NCBI RefSeq assembly: GCF_000315625.1
Contig: NW_005434650.1
Location: forward strand, 697,303 to 761,302
Source of the DNA: Guillardia theta CCMP2712
Lineage: Eukaryota > Protista > Cryptophyta
DNA: 64,000 nucleotides
Direction of reading: 5' to 3'
In this document: one piece after another, positions 12,300 through 23,214 of the stretch
How the letters are laid out: every line of letters starts with the position of its first letter
Numbering within the stretch: position 1 is the first letter of the stretch
Position numbers and translations under genes: made by a program
Notes under the pieces: generated by a model
Told to the model about the DNA's origin: nothing
What the model saw: only the letters and a program-made list of their open reading frames with translations
Database searches by the model: none

Positions 12300-15200
12300 T
12301 CACTTAGAGTCCAGTGATCTGAACCCCCTCCATGTCTCCATGTCTATTCCCTCCCTCCTCGCTCCCTCGATGTAGCTCAGCAGCGTCTTCGACGGCCCAT
12401 CCTGCGGCCGAAGCTCCAGACAAGCTCGGAAACATTCCTCTGCCTTCTTCCAGTCTGCCCCTTCTCCCTCCACACCCCCTAGGTAGCTGAAGATGCCCCT
12501 GCTGAACCTGTCGCTGAATTCATGCTCATCGACGGGCCTGACGACATTGTAGAATTCTTCGTTGGAGAGCACAGAGAAATCGAGCTCCTCTACCCCCCCT
12601 CCCGCTGGTGCTGCTCGGGCACGTCGAACGTGTAGAGCTCGACAGGAGCGTTGCTTCCCTTCACCGTCACTCGGTCCACGAAGCGGCAGAGGACTTGGAC
12701 TCTCTTGGAGAGCAGGCCGAAGACGTCTCCTGAGATGAGGATAGGAACCCCGTACTGCTTGCTCGCCTGCTCCAGCCTTGCCGCCATGTTGACGTGCGGG
12801 CTGAGGTAGGACGCGTCCAGCTTGTGTCGAGACCCTATGGTGCACTCGATCGCCCAGCTGACGGAAGCGATCAGGATACAAGGAGGAGTGAGGAGGAGAC
12901 AGTTGGGGAGAACAGGGGGAAAACAAGAGGGAAGGAGAGCGCGGGGAGGAGAAGCAGGAGGGGAATCAGGAGGAGGAGGAGGTGGAGGTGGTGGTGGAGG
13001 AGGAAGAGGAGGAGGAGAGTCTCACCCGAAGTGCAAACCAAACCCCATGGTAGTCGAGTATCCCGGCATTCGCTCTTGAACTTCCTTGCGGCTGGTGTGG
13101 TAGAGCAGCCTCCGATCGCGAGAGATCTCAAGGATGGACTGGATGTAGGAGCGCAGGGCGCTGTCTGCTACCTCCTGTATCGCCACGTCTCCCTTGGGCT
13201 TCCAGACAAGCTGGGGAGGAGATAGTGAGTGACAGAGGAAGAGGCGAGGATGCGACGAGCGGAGGATGACGAAGAGGAAAGGAGAGGAGAGAGAGAGGAG
13301 TGACAGTAGGGGAGGAGGTGGTGGTGAAGATAACAGGATGAGAAGAGGGCGGGAGGATGAACGATGAGGAGGCGTGGGAGAGGAGGAAGGGAGGAACACT
13401 GACCAGGAAAGCATCTCCGATGTTCTTGTTGGGAGCTCCGTGGTTCCTAGTCACGTTGCCGTGGACGATTCGACCTACGTTGTTCACCACCTTTACCACG
13501 TCAGCTTGAAGCACTTCCGTCAGGTCCGTGAAGTTTCGAATGTCGCAGAAGCCGAAGAAAGCGTTGATGATCGTCCCAGTATTGTTCACGTCCACCCCGC
13601 ACATGCTCCCGCTCCTCAGACTGCGCGAGATCACTCTCGCTCCTGCCTCCCCGAACCCCAGCTGCAACAGCTGGGCAAGGCTGATCAGCCCGTGCTCGAT
13701 CTTGGCGATCTTGGGATGCTTGTGCCTGGCCGTGTGGAGCGGCTCCAACGGATCCTCGGCCATGGCCGCCACCTTGTTCGCCACGATGTCAAGCGGCTCG
13801 ACTAGCTGCTTGCGCACAGAGGAAGCGATGCTCCAGGAGGAGGAGAAGAGCACGACAAGGACGACGAGGATGGTGAGGAGCCGGAAGGAGGCTTCTGCGA
13901 GGCTGGGGCGGGTGAGGTCCAGGAGCATGCGGCAGGGAGCATCAGGAACATCGGAGGTGATGAGGATGGTTGGGAGACCACTGGTGGGATGCTGCGAGCT
14001 CACGAGGGCGACGTCGGAGCACTCCATGTGGAGGATGGGCTCCCCACGATCCTCGTACGCCTCCCTGAAGGAGCTGAGAACAGCCGAGAACGTCGAGCTC
14101 CTTCCCTTGTCCTCCTCCAGCGAGAACATGCGGCCGATCCTCACCAAGTCGCTCTGGTACGTCGGGATGCTGGACGACAAGTTGGACCGGAAGAAGAGCA
14201 GGAAGACGAGGATCAGGACGATGGCGAAGCAGCGCTGTACGATGCTCCTGTCAAGTTCGTTGTCAATCGCCTGGCTCTCTTCGTCCTCGAGATCAGCCGC
14301 CTCCCTCTGTTCGTCTTGCACTCCCATCGACCTCGTGCTGCGGGAGAGGAAGGCTCCAGCAAGAGCTGCCCGCCATGACCTTGCGATGCGAAACATGGAG
14401 AACCTTGAGAGGAGGAGCTGGTGGGAGGGGAAGAGGAAGGAGATGTCCGAGAAGAGAGCAAGGCAGGAGATTGCATCGAGGAGGAAGTACATGCTCGACA
14501 TGAAGTTGCTCTGGATGCAACAGCGGAGGAAGAGGTCCGTGAAGACAACAGCCCAACACGCCATGTCCAACGAGAGGAAGACAGGCTTGAGCAGAGGAGG
14601 CGGAGGGGACGTCTTGCAGAGCTCAGGGACGAGCAGGAGATACAAGGAAGAGACCCAGATCAGCATCACAGTGACAGGATGATTGACGAAGCACATGATG
14701 GAACATTCGAGCGCCTCCCGCCGATCATTGGATATAGCTTGCATGTGTAGATCCCTCATGTACGCAAGCTCGGAAGCGTCAAACTGGTCGACAGAGACGC
14801 TGGTAGAGCTTCTTTTCCTCATGCTCCCGTTCACTTTCGGGGCCAGCGAGCTGTAGATGTTCCCGGACATGGAGCTGCTTCTCTTTCTGGGGGCTCTGCC
14901 TCCCTCCTCAACGTTGCGATAGGAGCCGCTGAAACCTGCCGCTGCCGCACTGGAGGCAAAAATGTTGAGTTGGGAGCCGACCAGAGAGCTCTTCGACTCA
15001 GAAAAGTTGTCGATCCTCGCCCAAGAGCTGCGGGTTACTTCCCTCTTCGCTTGCGACTTGCGCTTCTTGACCTGTTGCAAGGCGTACCAGAACGCCTTGC
15101 GCCACCTTGACTTGACGAGCTCTTTCCTTGGGATGAAGTGGGCTCGATTATTGTGGGGCATCTGAAACGAATTCTTCTGCAGGACGTTCTCGCTGCTTCC

Positions 15201-15974
15201 TGCCCGACCAAACCTGCCCTTGCCGAAGCTTAAACGTCCTTTGATCTCCGTGAACAAGCTCAGCGGGCCTTGTCTGAGCATGCGGAAAGATCCAGATGTG
15301 TCAGAAGAGTGGAGACGAGACGGGACGTAAAAAGACTTCACGTTGCTGCTCTTCTTCTTTTGAACTGTGGAGCAGCTCTGGTATTTGATATCAAAGGAAC
15401 GGCTCGAGTTGGCATTCTTTGGTTTCCCCACGTCCTCCGTCGTCTCGTTCACAGGCTCACAGCAGCAGTTCACACTCTCACTAGGTCCCGGCATCTCTGC
15501 GTTCGGCACATTCGGCTCCTCTTGGAATTCTACGTCCAAAGGCTGCTCCGTCCAAAGCCGATTGAAGCAAGAATCATTGGTTATCTCTCGACGAATACCG
15601 AGTGACCTGCCATTCCTGCACTTCGGCATGACCCCATCATGGTCCGAGGAAGGTGCCATGCAGGAAGGGAGGTCAGATAAGATGTTGGGACAATGGTCCA
15701 CCCCGTTCTTTGTTGGACAGAACGACTGCAAGTGCGCAACCCTGGTCTTAGGGCGAACTGAAAGATTCTCCGAGAAATGAGAGATAAGCAAGCGTTCTGA
15801 GTGATCCGTGACCTTCATGCATGAATTTTGTATCTTGTTTCGACGCAAACTCTTGGTGGATTTTCGGCCACACCGCAAACAAGTTCTTCCCAATCGTTCG
15901 TGATGACAAACCTGTGAACTAAGGTGAGTTTTCGACAAATGTACAGCTCCTTCCTCCCCCCCATCCTCGATCAA
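12300..15974 (-). CDS. Class III adenylate cyclase with N-terminal ion-channel-like transmembrane/voltage-sensor region and C-terminal TPR-like helix (Paramecium/Plasmodium AC-alpha type); start uncertain
   Basis: Family motifs GFGEAGARVI, FFGFCDIRNFTDLTEVLQ, NKNIGDAFL(LVWK), GFGLHFG-WAIECTIGSRHKLDASYLSPHVNMAARLEQASKQYGV, DRVTVKGSNAPVELYTFD and W..AEECF..CLELRPQDGPSKTLL. About 6 hydrophobic segments lie upstream, including an Arg-spaced S4-like stretch. The Lys and Asp specifiers indicate ATP specificity. Confidence 0.9.
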
Positions 15975-16734
15975 ACATCTGAGCGATGCTTAGCAAATAG
16001 CAAGGTGAGTGCTATGAAGACATGAGGATGAATGAAAAATCCCTTCCCTACATGAGTAGGTGTATTTCACCTACACCCTTCCTGCTGCAACGCCACCAGT
16101 CACATTCTCACCGATCTCATACAACTCTCTATTGACATTTTCCTAAGATCGTGCTGCTCCCAACGAGAGGTGGAAGTTTGCTAGCCCCCGCATCATCTCA
16201 TTTCTCATACTTCAAGATGTGTCCTGTCGCGCATGTCCATTGCGCTCTCACTATATTCGGAAGGGGTCCATCGAGTTTGAAACATTACTCCAACATTTGA
16301 AATAAACACTAATCATTTGAGGAGATACCCGGATGTTGCCGAACAGCGGTTTGGGAGTCGCTATTTTACGAGAGGTATCTTGCTGACAATCCTCGAACAG
16401 GATTAGCAAATACTCGAAAAGAAGCTTTTTCGATTGTCTTGTGATATGGTTGTCACGGTACGAGGAGCCAATAAAAGATTTCAAGGACCCCTCCTTGTCT
16501 TTATCCTTGAAAAGTACCCGTAGTCTCGGCAACCAACTCCATCGCCACCTGCGCTTTCAGTCAGCATGACTTGAAACGTTTTCATCCCTCGTGACCAAAG
16601 AGACTCTATCCGCGTGACTTTTTACATATCAAAAACCACTAATAAACTTGTCGCCGGCCGGTGTGTCAAAGTTGTACCTTGTCCAAGTTACTCGATGACT
16701 TGGTTACACTAATACAGTAGAATCGGAGGTGGTG

Positions 16735-16960
16735 CTAGACTCGGAGGCTGAGACGGATCTCGCCGGGGTCGGGCCGGGCCGGGCGGCCCCGGACTCGCTG
16801 ACAGACTGAGAGTTGCAGCCCGTGACCTCTGACTGGCCGCCCTTTGCTCAAAGTCAAGTGCCGGCCGCCCAGTGAGTCTACGGTAAGCCAGCCAGACGCC
16901 AGGATCGCCCGGCCGGGCCGCATGGCTCAGCGGCTGGCATCAGTAGGGGCCCGGGGGTCG
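16735..16960. repeat. GC-rich CCGG/GGCC-rich intergenic element
   Basis: Runs such as gggccgggccgggcggccccgg and ccggccgggccg. Similar blocks occur at 38780-39190 and 56630-56720. Confidence 0.6.
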
Positions 16961-17014
16961 AACAGTTCAGTGATCATCGATCTTTAATGACCCAATGATT
17001 CTTGCTCGTCAGAC

Positions 17015-18410
17015 ATGAACACGGCATTCCTCTCGTCGGCGCTCGCCGCTTGCTTGCGTGCTGGCTGCTGAGGCCGTTCTTTGTCTCTCAAGGGGACTGC
17101 CATTGAGCATCATTCGCTAGCACGTCTTTGGGAAGACAGGGGAGTTACCGAGACCGGGGGGTTGACTGTGAGGAAGAAAGCTGCAGTAGGAGTCAAAGGG
17201 ATCCCCCTCCTGTGAGACTGTTTGCATCCAATGCTCCATCTACAGCATGATCAGAAACGAGCAGGTGAACCCTTAAAAGAAAGCAGCGGAGAGTTCAGAT
17301 GGGGGTTTGAAGGAGTAGACGTGCGCGATGTTACTATGAGCTCCATGAAGTGAATGCGGCATGGAGGATAACAACAAAGAGTACAAACTTGAGCAGAACT
17401 CAAGGGGGCATACCCTCTGTAATGCTCCGTCCGCATCGACCTCTGGAAGCGCCTGGGGGAAGGTAAGTGAGAACGCTGGCTGTAACAAGTGAGAGCGGGG
17501 CAGTACTTCGAAAATGTTCCGCAAAAACCCTCTATCACGGATGGCAGCCTGTCGATCTTGCCTGCAGCAAAAGACAAGTGCAGGACGCATTCAGGAAAAT
17601 GCCGAGGGCACAAAGGAGTTTCTCCTCCTTACCTTTTCCATGGCTCCAAGGCGTACGCTTTCATGCGGACACACTGATGGAGCAGGATGTGGTAGCTGTG
17701 GGAGATCTGATGTCTAGCATGACGCAACAGCTGGGCTGATCTCTTGGAAACGATTCTGAAGCTGAAGACACCAAAGTAGACAGAAAACCCAAAGATTGAG
17801 AAAGGAGCCCAAAGAAAAGAAGTCATGAGAGCAATAAAGAACACTATTGACCCCTGGCGATGAGCTAAGTTAGCATCAAGAGTAGAGGCAGGTGAAACTC
17901 ACAATGAACAGCAACACCGCTAACATGACCATCCTTCCTGAAGCAGAGGTCGGCAGCGAAGCTCGCGCTTTTGTGACCTGGAGGATAAGTCAGCAAGGGA
18001 TCTGCACGCCTCCGATTTGTATTACGAGGTCTGCGACATATGCCAAAGTCCTTGTGTAGGGATCGAGCGAAGAACCATTCATTGACGTTTGGTCCCAGGG
18101 CATCGATCTATGTTCGAAAAAGCAAAGATATTTCCAAACTCAGCCAAAACTCATGGCAGGGAACTACATTTATCTGTTCAACGTATCAAAGAGCTCTGTG
18201 ATCATGCAAGATTGATTGTGCGCAGACTTGTTATCTCGTTGTCCTCCTGCAAAGATAGATCCCGAACAATGATGTCAAAACCTGTGAGAAATTGTTTACT
18301 GCAAACGCACAGATCTCGAACTTCAAGGTCTTGCTTTAGTCTCTTCACTATATCATGTTATGTTGCATTCATCAACGACTTTTCTTCCACTCCAAGCTCA
18401 GTTTCCCTCT
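17015..18410 (+). CDS. Hypothetical multi-exon protein (structure unresolved)
   Basis: ATG at 17015 followed by several short GT...AG intron-like intervals (e.g. gtaagt at 17463, gtgaga at 17212) and open fragments such as VLRKCSAKTLYHGWQPVDLACSKRQVQDAFRKMP. No homology recognised. Confidence 0.35.
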
Positions 18411-18757
18411 GATTCATCATACTAAACTATTTGTGCTCCTCCTTTTCCTCCTTCTCCTCTCCCCCAACTCGCCCTCCTGTCCTCCCCCTTAATGATAGAG
18501 AATCACCACCCCCTCTCCGTTTGAATCGAAGTGGGACACCCAGAATAATTCGGTAAATTCAGTATCAGAAGTACCGGTCGTCCAATACCCCACCCCCTCG
18601 GCAGGCAGGTGCGAGTCGGGGGGAATCCAGAATGCGAAATGAAGAGGAAAGAATGATCAGCAGGGAGAGAGAGGAGTGAAAGAAGACAAGTGAGAAGTGA
18701 TCGAAGAAGGAAGAGCTGATCCAGCGAGGAGAGGATGTTTTGAAATGGAATCTTTTT

Positions 18758-21662
18758 CTAATCATCTTCAACTTTCTGAAGACGTGCAACAGCCCTCATA
18801 ATCTTGTTTCGTGCACCAATCTTCGATATTCCTGCATCAATGAGAGCTTGCTCGTTGATCATGTACAGTGTGTCATACGTCACTCCTGATGAATGCAAGA
18901 TCTTCGAACAAGTGAATCCATCCTGCAGGCCCTCGATCGTCAGCCATTCTGCAGTCAAGCGGAAAGAATCCTCGAAATCAAGAGACAAGGGTGCTCGTGT
19001 TTGAGAGGCGTTTCTCGGAGGACGCTGCTTGACGGATGTCGACTTCGCTTGCTTCTCATGCAGCACTTTGCTGAACTTGTCCTCCAAGAAGTCAGTGATC
19101 ATCTTTGGGACTCTCGTGTTTCCTATCTGACGAGCACGAGCTTTGACCTGCCCTGCAATGTCTAGTGCCGTCTTGCCGTGATAGTTCGTCCGCTCCACAC
19201 TCAGACCTCTCCTCTCCACGAGGTCATGAACGATATCGAAGCTCAGGCTGGAGTGAGCAGCTAGCTGCAAGAGGTCATTGCCGTTGGAGTCAACGAGAGA
19301 CAGAGGGTCATCCAGCTGAGCGATGAGCAACCGGTAGGACGGGAAGTGACCTTGCTGCACAGCGATCTGTAGAGCAGTCAAGTTCGAGTCGTCCCTGCGA
19401 TTGATGTCCGCTTTGAATTCAAGGAGCAGCTCAATCATCTCGGTGTATCCGTTTCTAGCGCACACGTGCAATCCTGTTCCCATCCCAGCCCTCTGAGTGT
19501 TGACGTCTATCCCATGCTCCAGGTACCGCCTCGCGTGCATCAAATCTCCGAGGGAGATGGTTTTGAGGAACGCGATATCGACCCCGAGAAAGTTGACGGC
19601 AGAGTAGCTTTCCCTGTCCGTACTTTGAGGCCTCCCGGAGGTTTGAAGGACAACAGATTCTGAGCTGGCATCCTCAAGTTCCATCTCAAACTCGTTTGCC
19701 AGCTCATTTTCATTGTCAATCTTGGCATCTGACAGGGTCTCATGCTTTATCAAGCCATACTCGCTGAGCACTTTGCTTTGTTTCTCTGACATAGTTTGGA
19801 GATCAGAAGATGCTTGAAAACGCTTGTCAACTGCTTGGCTCTTCCAAAACCTGTAGAACTGCTGACTGACAAACAGCATAGTGTTTTGTGTCGCTTCTTC
19901 TTGACTTGTTTCCTCATCTGGAGCAGCTATCATATGTTCAGGATCAATGTAGCTGTCAAAGCTGTGCTGCCAACCCTTCAAGGGATCGAAGAATACATGA
20001 CATGGAAGCGGTTTGGACGTGGCAAGGAGCTTTGTGAACCTTGAGATTATGCTGCTGGGAACAGTCTTGTCGCTTTGAAGGTTCTTGACGCGCTCGTTGG
20101 TAGCACATTCCGGGTCTCTCCAATCTGGTATCAGCTTCATGTAAACAAGACCATCGCCTTGGTACCCTGTGCCTGCTGACAGCACAGTGATGTCCCTCCC
20201 AACAAAACTCCCTCCCCCTCCCCCACCCCAGGCAAGTTTACCATTGCTAAGCCCCCCACCGCCTCCACCGGAATACCCTCCTCCTCCTCCTCCAGCGAAC
20301 TTTCCTCCTCCACCCCCACCAAACCCGCCACCGCGGCTCCCTTCGCCTCCTTTGAGGAAGCTTTTAGCCCCAGCTATCTTTCCATCGTTCTGGGCACTCC
20401 CCTTAAAACCACCGCCTCCGTACGCCCAGAAGTGTCCGTCATCAAACCTTGACCCCCCAGCGGCTCCATCCTTACCTCCAGCACACCCACCATCACCATC
20501 ACCATCCCAACCATCGGGCGACAGGTTCGCGTCCTTCCCCTTCCCGCACTGCCCTGCTCCTCCCCCTCCCCCGGCCACCACGACAGGGAACCAGTTTCGC
20601 TTGAAGATCACTTTCGTAGGGATCTTAGCTTTGTACTTGGCATTCGGCAGGATCTCACGGGGAATCGGGACGATGAAAGACGCTGTCCGAGTCCCCCACT
20701 TGGCGTCGGCAAGGAGCTTGTAAGTCGCGCCGTAAGGCCTCAAGTCCTCACCTGGCACGTCCACCGTGATGTATTTGGGGCGAGACTCCCTGCACATCGA
20801 GGTCAGACTGGGATGATGGCAAAGGAGGAAGGCAGCACTTGAGATCCCAGCCTGGTTTGTCGACGATACGGCTGGCCATGAATGATCCCCCTCCACCGCA
20901 TCCTTGTGACTTCCCGCGACTCCCGATGGCTATCTTCACGGTATGCTCCTCCGTCAGTACCACCACGACCTCGAACCGTGCTCCCCCTCCCCCTGCGAAA
21001 CTGTCCCATCCCTCTTCAGACGCATGTTTGCTGTCCAGCACCACTTTGGGCTGATCTCTCCCTTTCCCTGACGCTCCCTTGCAAATGATGAGGTACCTGG
21101 CAGCACGTTCCTCAACACCTCCTCCTCGATTCCTCTTCCTCAATTCCTCTTCTTCACAACTTCCATCTCACATCCTCCTCCCTCACAACAGTCAGGCGCT
21201 TACCTCCCCTGCCTCGGTATTCGGAACTCGCCGTAGCTTTGGTGGATGTAGATCCCTCTCCTAAGATCTTTCTCCAACTTCCGCCGCTGGTCCGCAGGCG
21301 GCATTTCCTCATCGAAGTCCATCATGTACTCCTCGATCGAGGATCCAGCCCCCATCGTGAGATCTCCGATGTTTTCGCACTTCACTTCCAAGTGTTCGTA
21401 CCAATAGAGCCCAACATAATGGTCAACCACTGCCAGGGATCAGGTAATGGAAACCATAGCTTTGATTTCTCCAGCAGCAAGACGTGTTTCCAGGGCGAAA
21501 TTCGGATGAGGAGGAACTGAGCACAGGTGGAAGCAGGGATCCCTACAGGAAGAGCTCTTGCCTCACTCTTCTCTTCTCCTCTGGCTACACCGGCATCGCC
21601 CTCGCACCATCACAGTCTGGCTACCGCAGTTCGCAGGCACGGCGGCAAGGATTGCATGCCAT
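18758..21662 (-). CDS. ALK/LTK-like glycine-rich (TNF-like/Gly-rich) domain + ankyrin repeats + SAM domain protein
   Basis: GEFRIPRQGR|[88 protein letters not shown] is the ALK/LTK-type pattern. Ankyrin motifs: TGLHVCARNGYTEMIELLLEFKADIN, TALQIAVQQGH, GKTALDIA. SAM: AEWLTIEGL..LIDAGISKIGARNKIMRAV. Confidence 0.8.
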
Positions 21663-21851
21663 GATCAACCGATAGGTCCTGAGACCTCATCTCCACTATG
21701 ACCCGGCTGAATTGATCGACGAGAACATGGGGTAGGGGGTGGGAATATGGCCAATACTACCCGTATAAAATTGCACAAAGAATTGATAAAATTGGGGGTG
21801 TACACCAACGACTGGGGGTCTGACACCTGTGGTGGAGGCGGCTCTTCGGCC

Positions 21852-23138
21852 ATGGCCGGGAGGAACTATGGCGCGATGGAGGGAGAGGGCGCGAGGAGAA
21901 CAACGACGAGAACATGCTCTCCGTCCCCTTCCTCCTACTCCTCCTCCTCCCTCTCTGCGTCCAGAAAGACGCTCTTTGTTGCTCCGATTGCTGTCTTGGC
22001 TGCCTCGCTCTCACTCCTTGCTTTCACTTTCTTGCCCACTCAGACCAATGAGAGGAGCGAGCTGGTGTCAGGAAGAAGGGGAGGAGCCTTGTTTCAGTCT
22101 CTTGCAGAGACTAGCGTCAGGACAGACAAGGCGCATCCCTACAACAGGATGATCAACTCTCCCGACCGTGTCAAGTTCATCAACACGGAATGGACTCCAG
22201 CGCAGACTGTAAATCCTCCTCCGGTTCATCCGTATCACGGAGGGTCGAGGCCTTCCAAGGTTCTTCACCGTGATTTCGAGCATGAGCCCTATGGCAATCA
22301 CCTTCCCTGGGAGAAGGGACCTGAGGGAGCCCAGGCTAAGTATGCTGAGAGTCTGGAAGACTCGAAGGCATACAGGTACATGGTTGACAAGAACGGGATT
22401 GTGAGGAAGTGGGAAACCGATCTGCCTCTTGATCGTTATAATCCCAATCATATCGTTGTCTCCTCTGCACTGCTGGACAAGCTCTCTCCTCTACCTCCTC
22501 CATCGATTAACGCAAGGGACGTAGCGGGAGCGCTGGAAAGACACCAGAAGAACGAGATTCAGAAGAGCTTTCGAAGCATCTTTCCCAAGGGCATGTTTCA
22601 TGACACCATCGTGGACTCTAGGACTGGAGCTGTTGCTCAGATCGCTGGCGTCTCACAAGAAGAATCCGTATGCCCCGGGGGGTTGTACAAGTGCAAGGAC
22701 GACTCGTGTGTCGCGCACATCTCCTACTGCCCGGGATGCGACGTGTACCCGGTGCCGGAGCATTGCTCGCTGATTCAGCCTCACAAGAGCGGTTGGAGGG
22801 TCTCAGCAGGTGACAGGAGGCTTCCTCGTGGCCCCGTTGCTGACTTGGTGGCAGTGGGGTGTGATTCGTCCAACATGCAAGAGTGCGGGATGGCGGACGG
22901 AAACACTTTGTTTCTTCCGGTGAGCTGCTCTCAGAGGCTGTTTGTGTGATGTATCAACTTATCATGTCACATTTCATCTCGTTCATTCTTGTTCACTCAT
23001 TCAGCTCTTCCTCACTCAGTCTCGTTCTCTTCTCCCCTCCTCGATCTCAGTCCCCAGTTTGTGTTGACGCCGCACTCACTTGTTCTTGTGCAGGGAGAGG
23101 CCGTTACTGGTGGGGTTTTTGATTCCGGCCTTGCTTGA
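21852..23138 (+). CDS. Hypothetical type II membrane protein with Cys-rich C-terminal domain
   Basis: MAGRNYGAM.., a single hydrophobic segment (LFVAPIAVLAASLSLLAFTFL) and CPGGLYKCKDDSCVAHISYCPGC. Two 3' introns; last exon GEAVTGGVFDSGLA*. Confidence 0.7.
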
Positions 23139-23214
23139 ACGATATTGATGCTTTCTAGCATGCGTGTGAAATAATGAAACCGACAACATGACCTGCAATG
23201 TACACCTGAACCCT

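Noticed and set aside
16251-16532. 93-aa minus-strand ORF as an independent gene
   Set aside because: No recognisable homology. It could be upstream exon(s) or UTR of the adenylate cyclase; cannot be resolved.
20169-20723. Plus-strand proline-rich ORF
   Set aside because: Antisense of the Gly-rich domain on the minus strand.
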